Assembly: GCF_009834535.1 (NCBI RefSeq)
Contig: NC_045724.1
Location: 7,750,001-7,814,000, forward strand
Length of the DNA stretch: 64,000 nt
Direction of reading: 5' to 3'
DNA from: Camelus ferus
Lineage: Eukaryota
The notes beneath the pieces were generated by a model. It worked only from the letters and a program-made list of their open reading frames with translations, was not told the DNA's origin and searched no databases. Both the position numbers and the translations under genes were made by a program. Shown here piece after piece: positions 22,891-34,740 of the stretch (positions are counted from its first letter, which is position 1; every line of letters begins with the position of its first letter).

Positions 22891-24399
22891 TAGATGGATA
22901 CATTACATTAAGTCACCGGCTTCATGGATTTCCTGTGAATAATAAATAGTAATTACTTTTGGGGACATGTATTGCCTAATGCTCAACCCGGGTCATGGGT
23001 GGGTCTAAGTCCACAAGGCAGCTATGATGCTGGCTGTTCTGCTTTCTCTCTGTGGCTCTTGGAAGCCTGGCAGAGGTAAACACCACCACCGCCCAACACC
23101 GCTCACCAGCCCGCAACTTCTCTGTGTCTTGGTCAGCATAGCTCTTTACTGCCTGGTGGGTCCCAAGCAGCAGCCATGTGATTTCAGGAAGCCCAAAGAT
23201 GCTCTGCAGAAGGACCACATGGATGCTCCCTGTTCAGAGTGCTGACCCCAGACCTGAATCCCCCACGGCCGTGTTTTCTGTTTCTCAGCATGACGGTGCA
23301 CAGCGTTTCCACCAGGGAACACTAAGAAGAAGAATTCCTGCTGCCATTGTCCTTTGCCGAGAGCATCCTGCAGTTCCCACAGCAGGACTTGCTCCAAGCT
23401 CAGCGCTTGCCAAAATCCTTCTGGCTTCTAACCTCATTTTAGCAGTTGTGCTGAAGTTTCCCTTCACATGCTTTTGCTAATGAAACTTGACAGTCCCAAT
23501 GTTGCATTATCTTTAGACCGGGTCCTTCCCAGCTACCCTTGAACCACCTGCGGGATTTCTCTCTTTTTACCAGTCCCAGATAGTCTGCTTTTGTAACCCC
23601 CAGCCCCCATGTCTTATGGGTAGACTTGAGTAGAGCTCAGAGGTATTTCATACATCCTGTTTTTCTGAACAAATTCCGATGAATATATAGTGCACTTCAG
23701 TTTATTCAAAAGTATGGGTGAGTAGGGCATTCCGATTGATAGACAATTTTAGCTTACTGTACCTGCCAAGTGTAGGTTAGCCAATTTTCAGAGAATTCAC
23801 AACAGTAGAACAGTCTTAACGAAGCTGTGTAATGCCACGCAGTGCAATGTAATGCAATCTTTCTTTGGTGGCTCAGAAGACGTTTCAGGGTCTTGCAATG
23901 CCTTTGAGTCATTATTATGAACAGTAATTACCCTTCAGTTGTACAGCATGGAATAATTATGTTTATCTTAGTTTTCCAGTAGTTTGGATTCAAGAAAAAC
24001 AGATGTTTACTGCAAATAAAACACTTTTTAATTTTATTTCTGTTAGTGATCACGTTTTAATTTTGGGGCTCCATGGGAATCAAATTTATTAAATTACATT
24101 ATTGACATTAATCTTGCTCTTACAGAATGCTTAAAATTTATTTATATATTCTAGGAATTAAACTAAAATCTGAAAAACATTCCTTTTAAATGAAAGTGCT
24201 TTTGAGACAAGGTGCAATCCAGAAAGTTGAGTATCAATCAGGCTTTTGAAGAATGAATCTTGTATAAGAACATTTGTTTTTATGAATATTAAAATAATGT
24301 ATTCATCATAATAAAATGGAAAGCACAACATTTTTTAAAAAGATCAATATCTTATCACAATAAATACCAGCTGTGTGATTTTTCTCCTAGTTTTTTTTC

Positions 24400-24755
24400 T
24401 ATGCATGTGTATGTAAATGGATTTTTATGTATTTAAAAAAACAAGTACGTGAAATAAGCTTTCATATTATGCTTCTTTTATTTAAGATTTTGCCATGTAA
24501 TTGAAGTTTTTGAAAATAATTCTACATGGAAACACTATAATTTATCTAACTATTTCTCTTTTTTGACATATAATTGTATTTTCTCACTATAATATATAAT
24601 GAAGTTGTGAACATCCTGTTCATAAACTTTGGAGAATCTTAGCTTATTTTCTCAGCATATATTCCTAGAATCATTACTTGCAAAGAATATGAACATTTTA
24701 AAAGCCCTTCACATTTATTGCACAATTGTTTTCTAGAAAGGGTGTACCATTTGTT
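24400..24755 (-). mobile_element. Old L1 (L1M/ME-like) fragment
   Basis: AT-rich; gcatatattcctagaa ... aattgttttctagaaagggtgtacca. Confidence 0.5.
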
Positions 24756-24796
24756 CATCCATCAACCACACATCCATCAACCACAAGTGTCTCCTA

Positions 24797-24810
24797 GCGC
24801 CCCCTGCAGG
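24797..24810 (-). promoter_or_regulatory. Candidate CTCF motif
   Basis: minus strand CCTGCAGGGGGCGC(TA), one mismatch to core. Confidence 0.6.
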
Positions 24811-24854
24811 ACTGGTGGTCTGAGCTGAAGCTGCAGAATGAATCCGAGGGGTCT

Positions 24855-25025
24855 GGGTGGACCTGGCCTCTGTCATTTTCTACCTGAGGGGCCTGAAGCA
24901 AGTTATGTAATTTTGCTGAAGCTCAGTTTCTCAAAGGTACGTGGAATAGCATGATGACAAATTGAGGTGATGATAAATCACAGCGTATTATTCAATGCAC
25001 AGTAAGTGCTTAATAAATGCTAGCT
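24855..25025 (+). mobile_element. MIR
   Basis: gcaagttatgtaattttgctgaagctcagtttctc ... cacagtaagtgcttaataaatgctag. Confidence 0.7.
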
Positions 25026-26692
25026 GTAAATATAATGGGTAGTTGAAAGGTCTATTCTAATGGGCAATATGATACCTCATGTTATTTTATCTTGTATTTT
25101 TAAAAACTTTAAAAGTTAGTAATGATATTTACTTTCCTATTATTACAGAAACAGCCCCAGAAAAACTAGAAAAGACAAATCAGTATGAGGGGAAAAAATA
25201 CATAATCCCAATTATCTTAACTTTTTGATATATTTGCATCTGTACATTTTCTTTTTTTTTGGGAGGGGAGTGTTATTGTATTGACAACTTCCTTAATGTA
25301 GTCCCTGATTGTTGTTTCATTCGTTTTATGTATTTACTTTTCAGAGTAGTGCTATTTTCTTTTAATTGGCAAACTTGCATTTATGATAGCAGGTTTGAGA
25401 GTAGGAGGGCTAAAAATCTTTCCACCCTCTTCCAGGGGGCAGGTTTACTCTGCTTCAACTGGTCTTGCATTTCTGCACCAGGATTCATGTTTCTACATCC
25501 AGTACCAGGCAAGTTATCTTAGGGTTAGCAAGCCCTGGAACGGGCAGTCTTTCCCTGGCCAGCTCCGCCCCCCAGGAAGTCAAAACATCATAAAATATAT
25601 AAAATAAAAAATAAGGTGACTATAGAGTTCCATCAGGATGTTTGTACTTCTAGGAGAAGCCTCGATTGCCAAAAGGGCTAATTTCTAAAAGAGGCCGAAG
25701 CCTATTATCTATCTGGTGGGTCTTTCTTCATTTCGATCAGATAATGAGACTAGTTCTTGTGCAGTTTGTAGTCAGCTTGGCTTCCTGGTTCTCACACAGC
25801 GGCCTGACATTGTTGTGTTTGGATTCACGACACGGCCAGGGGATGTTTACATCCCCACCCAGACAGCTGTGCTCATTGAAATAGGAGTGAGGGTGATGTT
25901 TACTTCCAGAATGGTGAAACACTGAAAACCCAGGGCTCCAAAAATAGGTCACTATTTTATTTAAAGGTGAACTGGAATCGTTTACCTAATTCAGCACTAT
26001 CTTCTGTTGGTTTTCCCAAGTATAGTGTAGGTTGAAAACGGTCTTCAGCTATTTTGAAAGTGTCAAAAATAGTAGGTCTTTGAAATTTGGAAGATTTTTT
26101 TCTTCCTGGCACAATCAGAAGATTTGGAATCACGGTTGAGAGACTGTTTTCATGTATTTACTCTAAGTTGGCCAAGTCTGGGAAATTACAGAGATAGCTG
26201 GTCCTTTTCTCATGAGTTCTCAGATTCAGGATGGCTGGTTTGATGGCCAAACTCTGAAAACTCTTGGAAAGCTTCCAAGGACACCTTAATCCTAAAACAT
26301 CCTGGTCCACTTAGGAAGAAAACAAAGGGTGCAGAGGAATCTACTTTACCAATAAGATGCCACTTCCAGGGGTCCTAGGAAACCAAGATAGTGCTCTTTG
26401 GGGTTGGCTTTAAAAATATTACAGTTTTCACCCTGCAATTCTCGAGATAAGACTTACCGCTGTGGATAAGCTGAGCTTTCAGGGAAGAGCCTCATGTTGG
26501 TGGTCACTGATGCAGAAGAGCCATCTTTCTACTCCCTAGACCCAACATCAAACTTCCCTACCCCTAGAGGTGTATTTCTCACCCTTCCTATATCACTCTC
26601 ATTATTTTAAAAGCTTGTATTAGAAATGTAATAAGAGAAAATTCCGATATTGTTGCAGAAAAGCGTGTGACAGATTAGTTTTACAGCTCAGT

Positions 26693-27174
26693 TGTTACAG
26701 GAACCTGGATCCATGCAAGAGACAAAGCAGCACTCGGAGAGTTGGGGAACTCAGGTTTATTACACCAGCAGGCCAAGAGGAGTTAACACTCCAAGCTTTG
26801 AACCCCAGCTGTAGGTTTACACAGGCTTTTATAGGCTGCCAGTTTACACTTTGCAACATCATATGCAAATAAGGTATAACAAAAGTTGACTAATTAGGAA
26901 CAAGCTTTGTAGAAATGGACCAATCAGGGAGTGAGAGAAATAACCTATCAGGAGTGAGCTTCATGCAAATGAAGTACTACAAATGGACCAATCAGGAGTT
27001 AGCTTAGGGAACCAATAGAATTTTAGGGGTAAGTTCCACTTTCCTAAAAGTAAGCCCTTTCAGAGGCAAAAAGTGAGACAGAGCCACTAGGCCAGAGGAC
27101 TGGATGGTGCTGGCAGGACAGTACTGGCCCTGCTTGGGGGTCCTGCTGGTTTTTTTATGGAGCTTCCCACCTCA
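26693..27174 (-). mobile_element. ERV-type solo LTR (~480 bp)
   Basis: TG...CA termini; on the minus strand in U3-R-U5 order: CCAAT boxes and octamers, TATAAAA (26827-26833), AATAAA (26756-26761). Confidence 0.8.
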
Positions 27175-27394
27175 GTAAGTCTCAGGAACTCAAGCTTATT
27201 TAACAGGAGCAAACCTCTTTCAGAAAAAAAGAAACCAGTTCCTAAAGACCCTCAAACATGCTTTGAAATCTTTGCATTGTCTGACTTGCAGAAAAGTGCT
27301 GTCAGAGCCTCAGATTTCCATTATTCACAAGCAAGTGTAATCTTAGCAGACTGTCTGAATTTAAATTAATTTTTGGCTTCCTTGCCGATTCAGG

Positions 27395-27870
27395 TTATCT
27401 GAGTGGCATAGACTATTCATTGCCTACTCAGTGTCTATTCCTGCCTTCTTCCTGAGTGACAGGTGTTTAGCTGAGCACATTCCTGCCTAGAACAAGACGT
27501 ATTTCCAGCCCTCTTTCTGCCTTGGGATGGCCAATTCGTTCCAAGTGGAATTTGTTGGGAGGGACTTCTAGAAAGTGTATCTTGTGATGGGGACAGATGG
27601 AGGCAGGGCATTTTTCCTTGACCATCCTCACTTCCTCAGTGCCTACCTAGTTCATGGACTTGATGGTTAGATCTTCAGCATCATAATGGGCTTTGAGGTG
27701 ATCTTGAAGATGGAAGCTCTTGTGTTAAGGATGTTGGAGCAGGGAGACAGGAATGTGGGTCTTTGATTATCCTGTGGTGCCACTGTCACCACTGTAGACT
27801 ACTTATTCCTGGACTTCTTCACTGTCAGAAAATCATAAGCTGTCATCTGGTTCAAGCCATGAGTCCTATT
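27395..27870 (+). mobile_element. MaLR LTR (MLT1-like)
   Basis: cctgccttcttcctgagtgacag ... gccatcctcacttcc ... ctggttcaagcca. Confidence 0.6.
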
Positions 27871-28124
27871 TGATTTACTGTGTTAATCAATGCTTATCCT
27901 CTCATATTATTGAGAATCGAATACATTTGAGAATTTCACTTACCTAATGCTTAATGAAGCTTGTTGAGAGCAAATTCTCCATGGACTAAATGGGAGGTGG
28001 ATATAAAAGTGTACAAAAAAAAAAAAAAATCTAGGAACCAAACATAGAACTTGACTCTAAAGCCTATGCTCAAAAATCATATATTCTAATTTCTCTAAAT
28101 AGCAGGGAAACTGTTCACATGCAC

Positions 28125-28330
28125 ATGCAGGATTGTTGGCTTCGGCTCAGGCAGACCTGAGTTTGAATACAGGGCTGTGCCTCTGACCAGCTGTTTGCTA
28201 GTTGGCTGCATGATCTTGGGCAAGTTACTCAACTTGCAAATGGCCTCCTAGTTCTTCACCTCAAGATTGGGGAAAAGGGTACGTACCTCACATTTGTTGA
28301 GAGAGTTAAGTGAGACGGTATACCTACCAC
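28125..28330 (+). mobile_element. MIR
   Basis: ggcagacctgagtttgaat ... atgatcttgggcaagttactcaac. Confidence 0.75.
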
Positions 28331-28399
28331 AGAAGCCAGTAAAATAAAGTGGGCTGGGCTGACATAACAGCATGGAAAACAAAATTTAGAGAGTTGAAG

Positions 28400-28860
28400 G
28401 GAGGGGCAAAGCCCAAAATACAGACTCTGTGGCCCTTTTCAGCACATTCCTGCATTCATATATTGGTTGCACCCTCACTTCTAGTCCCTCCATGACCCAG
28501 CCTGTGAACCATTACCAGCTCACTCTTCTTAGGGCTGCTTCCATTGCACGACCCTGCAGCAGCCTGGCATTGAAGACACTGCAAGATCTGGTCAGTCCCT
28601 TAGTCTCCGACATCCTTTCTAACACTTCAAAACCTAAAATTTCTGCCCTAAGCGTTCCCACCTCCTTTCTAGGCCTCCCACATTTGTGTATCTATTTGGG
28701 GCACCATGGCCCAGTTCCTCATGCGTGTAAACCTCCAGAGCCAACCCAAGCCCATCTCTTCCCTAAGACCGTCCTCAGCTCTTTCTACTTTCCTGCCCAT
28801 CAGTCACACAATTTAGCAGTTACTCGTTGCTTTATCTTATTCTCTGATATATGAATGCTT
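28400..28860 (+). mobile_element. LINE2 fragment
   Basis: pyrimidine-rich; gcctggcattgaagacactgcaagatctgg ... cccatctcttccctaag. Confidence 0.45.
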
Positions 28861-31453
28861 TTCCTCCTGGTCACAGAGCTGGTTTTATTGGTCTGTGTTA
28901 GAAACAGGTTTGATGCATGTTTGACCAAGGAGCAATGGCAGCGGGTGGTTCAGAGCCCAGGAAAGACCGGCGGGGTATCTCCCAAGCTGCTCTCAGGGAG
29001 GTGTTGCCTACAGGGATTGCCCAGGGCTTGGTGTCAAACCTTTAATCTTGCAGGCACAGAAGCCTAATTTTATTCATTTGTTCTCTCAGCAAAGTTGATT
29101 GAATTTACCATAGGCACTGACGTTTCCAGCCCACCCAATCTCTCAAGGGCAGGCTTACAGTAACCAAGTTTATTTGTAAATTAAGCATTCAGGTCCCTTT
29201 ATAAGAACCAGAAGTGCTGAGGGGACTAAGACAGTGCTCTGGACCCTCAGCTGGTGCACGCAGCCTCCATGGGCCTAGGGGAGGATCCTGATTTTCCTCT
29301 GAGATTGCTCGTTGAGTTGAAGAACTTCATGTTTCATGCCCTGAGCTGCAGTCAGCCTGCTGCATCTCTCTCCCCCGCGGCTCTGCTCGCTGTTGGACCA
29401 CACGAGCCAGCGCACAGTACAGGTCCCTGGCCCCCTGATATGCTGGCCGGACCTGGCCATGGTCCTGGGGCAGGTTCTCTACCCAACACTGCGAATGCCT
29501 GACTTATTCAGGAAGCTGTTCTGATGCTTCAAGTTGACCGGGTCTGTTTTTCCAGATACCGATTTCACATTTTTGTCTCTCTGAGGTCTGTCTTACCTCT
29601 TTGTTTTTAAGTTCCTTGGAGGTGTCTTCCTGCTGCATCAAAGCACTGATAGCCATGTGCTCTGTGGTCATGGCTTCCCGCCTCCCTATGGAGACTGAGG
29701 GGTGTTTAGCAAACATTTGCCACCGGCTTGAAGAAGGGTGGGTATCAGAAGATTTATACCCCGAGGACGGCTTTGTTGCCTCTGAAAATTAAAAAGGGAT
29801 GACTTATTTCTTAGGTTATTAGTCAATCTCAAACTGAGTTGGAAAAGAGGAGCTGTGATGGCGTTGCTCGCTGCCTGGCTGTTTGATTGGCACCAGGGGT
29901 CTCCTCTTTGCGCCCAGGCCAAGTGTGCAGGGACATGGGTCACGTATGAAAGAGCCCCAGGTACGGCCCCCTGGGTGATGGCCTCTGGACTCAACTCTCA
30001 GGGGAGCAAGACCTCGCAGAAACATCCGCAGAGAAAGGATCATGTGCTTTCAGAGCTGCCGTGGAAATAGTTGGCAGTTTTCTTTACAGGAGTGAAGATG
30101 GGGGAGCTTTGTGGGTTCCTGCCCCAGCCCAAGGCTATGAAGCCAGTACCAAAGTCCTCTCGCGATCCCTTTGGTGGGAGATCTCAGCAGCTTGGTCTCT
30201 GCGGGAGAGGTAGCCCTCTGTCTGTTTTCTTGCTGTTGTTTCAAACAGGACATGACCTCTAGTCATTGAAAAGCTGTTTTTATTCCTTCTTCCTTGAGAC
30301 AGCTCATCCTGACGCTAGCTGCTTGCCTGGGAGGGAAGAGAGAGGAAGGAAAATAAAGAGAGAGGGAAGGAAGTCCCTGCCCCACATGGAGTGACCCTGT
30401 CTCCTTCCCTAGAACATTCAAGGATGCCTGTCAGCGTGCCTCCCCACCCCCACCCGACCTCCAATGCATTGCATTTCCCCTGACTCAGCCTCCTCCAGCC
30501 GGGTCCCAGCTGGCCACACAGATCTCCCACCTGCAGCTCACCCTGCCTCCTGCCCAGACCAGTCTGGGCAGGAGGCAGGAAACAATTAAGCAGCTCCCAG
30601 CCCTGCCTCCAGCAGCGTCGGGCCCTCCCCTCCAGACACCCTCGCCATTCTGCTCCCTGAGGATGCGCGTCCCTCTGCTGACCGCTGGGTGGCCGCCTGT
30701 CTGTCCCCTGGCCTCCTGTCTGCTGGACAGGACATCTTGCAGCTGACTTTTGCAGCCTGAGCCTGTCTCCCACTGTGAGCCCTGGTTTCTAAATCTGCCA
30801 TTCCACTTGGGACCTCAGAGCAGTGACCTCAGAGGATCCTGCTCCAGGAAACTTCTCGATTCTGCCGTGTCCGGGGGTCTTGCAGTATGTGATTTGGAGG
30901 CTTTAGTTCACCTGAACTGTCTCTCTGGTGTGTTCACTCTCTTTATCCTGAGACTCAGGGAGAGGTGTCTGTACTTCTGTCTGTACTTTCTGTACACAAA
31001 CTGGATGGGGTGAGGGACCGGGGTAGGATAGAAACTTGGCATGCCTTCAGGCAGGAAATCTTTAATTTCTATTCAGCACTTATTTAGTGGGGGCGGGACA
31101 GCATGGGGGAGAGCGGTTTCCAATTTTTTCTTCAGAATCTTGTCTCCTTTTGTGGCAGAGTTTACTTTTTGACCATTCTGTAGTGAGTCTGGGGTTCTGA
31201 TCGGAGGTACAATGGCTGTGCTTCCAGGTACATTCCCTTAAGATTTTAGCAGTCCTTGTGGAGGGAAGCTCCAGACAGCTCAACAGGGCTCTGGGCCTCT
31301 CCACATATCCTTGGTACCTGGACACCCCTCACCCTTCACCAAGCTGAAGGCAGTGTGTCACGCTAGCCTCTGGCCATGACTCCAGCTTGCTCAGTTTTCC
31401 TATGTAAAACACTTTGCAGACTCACTCACCTTGAGATATAATCAGCACTTTGC

Positions 31454-31490
31454 AAAACAAAACAAAACAAAACAAAACAAAAGAAAAAAA
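31454..31490. repeat. (AAAAC)n repeat
   Basis: direct reading. Confidence 0.9.
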
Positions 31491-32129
31491 CAAGCGTAGC
31501 TGTTAGAAGCAAGGATGAATTCCAACATATAGTTTATCCCCTGGGACCCAGTGGAGTTTCTTCTCCAGGGCTTTCTCTGGCCCGGATGAAAATGACCCTT
31601 CCAACGAGCCTTCCATCTGATCCCTCAGGACATGTTTCTACTCTCATAAATTTTGCTACCAAGACCATTTTAGGAAAAAAAAGCCATTTTTGTTTCTTCT
31701 CCAGGAAATTGATTTTGACATTTCCATCCTTATGGGAGGCTTCTGATGGAAGGCTGTGCGCAGCTGAATGACTGTGTGATGTGGGGTGGACTCAAAAGGC
31801 CTCAAGAAAATAAATAAAGTGGCCAAAGGCCTTCGAGGAAGGATCTATTTTCTGACAGTCTTCCAGATTTTGAAAAGGGTACAGGTGGGGCTGGTTTCAG
31901 CAGGCCCAAAAGGGTCACAGAGAATGGCCACCTGTATTTGGAATCTTCTGTCGTGAGGTTGGGAGGTAGACTGATAATTTCGCTGCTCAAGGATCTCCCC
32001 TGTTGGACATGATGGTGGAGAGCAGAAGTCCCGAGATCAGACTGCCAGCATCTTCATCCTGACTCCACCATGGACAATGCCTCTTTTCTCGGCTACCTGA
32101 CTGGTCTGTCCAACCTTAGTTACGGCAAA

Positions 32130-32490
32130 TGTTGCATTATATTTTAATCAGATGTTCATACCTTTCTTCTTCACTAGACTGTGTGCTTTTTGAGGGCAGT
32201 GGTCATTTCCTTTTCAACCATCCATCCTGTAACAGGCACTTACAAATGTTTTTACCTTACCCTATTCTACGTACAATATTGAGTTGTCATTTAAACTCAC
32301 CGCAACCCTGTAGATGGGATATAATTAGCCCCATTTTACAGAGGAAGAGACTGAGGTTTAAGTTACTAAGTTATTCACCCCAAGTCATGCAGTTAGTATG
32401 TGGAAGAGCCAGGGGAACAGCCCACCGTAAGAACCCAGAAAATGATCCCCAAATCGACTTGGTTCCAAAACTCAAGCTCTTAAGCCTGAT
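32130..32490. mobile_element. L2 3' stub (+) followed by MIR (-)
   Basis: cactagactgtgtgctttttgagggcagtgg; cccattttacagaggaagagactgagg. Confidence 0.7.
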
Positions 32491-33954
32491 TCTGTTTCCC
32501 TTGTCTAATCATGAGCAGTGCTTGGCGGGCCTTCAAATCTTGTGGTTGACTGATGCGCTCTGCGTCTTTGTCAGCTGAAAGGGTTTCCCTCATTGTTCTC
32601 TAACGTCTCTGATGATAAAAATGTATTCCTTTTGAGCTGCTGTCTTCTGAGGCCCAGGAATTTTTTTTTTTCCCACCACATATCTGTTTCCCAAGAAGTA
32701 CTAAGTTACCAAGTAAAGGCCATTCAGTTGTTCTTACTTCTACTTCTCTGATCATACTTTAAGAAAGTTCTCTTTGGGAGCATTTCAAATCAGTTCTGGA
32801 TAAAAATATACAGCTTTCTGAGAAATCTGGCCATTTTGGCCCCTGTGGGAAAGTGTGACTTTGGCCTCCAGTCATATCTTTTATGGCCTCAGAGGGAGGC
32901 TAGTGTGGGAGGTAGCAAGGCTGTGGCTCCTGTGAAGATAAAACCAGGCACGAATGGGAATTAAAAATGACCTTATTGTTTCCAGACCACCAGAGACAGC
33001 TAGGCGCGTCTTTATTTATGGGATCTACTGGGGTTGTGAATTTTGGGGACAGTGGGGTGGGGGCAGCCAGAGGAGTGGGGACTGGGGAGCAGAGTTAGCA
33101 AATCCCCATTGCAGTTATATTAATGAATCCAAAAGATTTCAAATACTTTCTGTGCTGACACACCCCAGGGTGAGGCGTGGAAAAATCATCACGGCTGGCC
33201 GTTGGGGGTTTCAGAGGTAGAATGAGACACAGGAGCCTGCTGATGGGAATCCCTGAAGACCTGGAGCTGAAAGGAGTGATGAGCTGAAAAGGGTGGGGTA
33301 TGTGTAAAGAACCACCCCCACCCCCACCCAGAAGATCAGGCCGGGAAGTCCACCACCTAGTTAGTGACTCTAGCACTTGTCACTGGTGGAGCCATTAAAA
33401 TGACGCTAATCTGATTCAATGGATGCTCCTGCCTTCTCAGCCAGAGAAAGCTCATGGTCTCCAGTGAGGCAGGGAGCAGAGAGCAGAGCCAGGAAGCCTG
33501 GTTTATTTCTGAAGAAAACTGAGAAAGGAAGGCCAGTGCTGAAGCCACCTGGGCACATCTGTGAAAGGATGGGTTACCTTTCATCAAGGGATTACTAAAT
33601 GAAAACAATAACACAACACGTGCACACACATACAAACACACTCATGCAACAAACCCAAATGCCGTATGTTGAAGCCTGAAACCACGGCCAAAATTCTGGC
33701 CATGTGTAAGTTATTTTACTTTTTACCATTGACTGACTCAGAACTCAAGGGTTGCTAAAGAAATTGGAGAGGATCTTCAATCCTCTCTTTACTTACGTGT
33801 CATTGACATTCTGCTGGTATTACAGGGTTAGCAATTTGCTAGCTGGTCCCCGGCAACTGGTTTTATTTTTTACTCTACGGATTGTATGAGCTGTTTAACT
33901 GATTACTTGTATTAGATATTTGCTGAATGCAGGTGTTCTGCTGGATACGTGACT

Positions 33955-34135
33955 TGTGCAGCTCACATCTCTAAGAGTTGAGCTGCATCACTCCCATTTC
34001 TTGGAGGAGGAAACAGGCTTAGAAGGTTCAATGACTTGCACTCAAGGCCACGGAGCTGGTTAGAGCCAGGATTCAAATGTACATATGGAGCTGGTTAGAA
34101 CTGGGATTTAAATATAAGTGTCTCTGACTGCAGGG
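33955..34135 (-). mobile_element. MIR
   Basis: gaggaaacaggcttagaaggttcaatgacttgc ... agagccaggattcaaa. Confidence 0.7.
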
Positions 34136-34283
34136 TCCTCCATGGCATTGATGATAAAGCTTCCTGGATCAGGTTTCTTCTGCTGTAATTAGCTGCCTGC
34201 TTGCTGAAGACAGATTCGTAGCCTATTTCTAGTGAGTATACAGAATCTGGTAAGTGTTAAGTATACAGAAGTTTGTCTTTCTT

Positions 34284-34740
34284 TGTGGTATACACATATA
34301 TGGAATACTAGCCATAAAAAAATGAAATATTGCCATTTGCAGCAACATGGATGAACCTAGAGATTATCATACTAAGTGAAGTAAGTCAGAGAAAGACAAA
34401 TATCATATATCACTTATATGTGGAATTTAAAAAAATGATACAAATCTTATTTACAAACCAAAAACAGACTCACAGGACATAGAAAACCAACTATGGTTAC
34501 CAAAGGGGAAAGGGGAAGGGAGGTATAAGTTACGAGTTGGGGATTAACAATACACATTACTGTATATAAAATAGATAAAAATCAAGGACCTGCTGTATAG
34601 CACCGGGAACTATATTCAATTTCTTGTAGTAACATATAATGGAAAGGAATGAAAAGAAAAAATACATATGCATATGTATAACTGAATCACTTTGCTGTAC
34701 ACCTGAAACATTGTAAATCAAATATACTTCAATAAAAAGT
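34284..34740 (+). mobile_element. L1 3' end
   Basis: gccatttgcagcaacatggatgaacctagag ... aaatatacttcaataaa; probable TSD aagtttgtcttt (34269-34280) / aaatttgtcttt (34747-34758). Confidence 0.9.

Noticed and set aside
32061-32082. REST/RE1-like CACCATGGACA
   Set aside because: Left half TTCAG is missing; too degenerate
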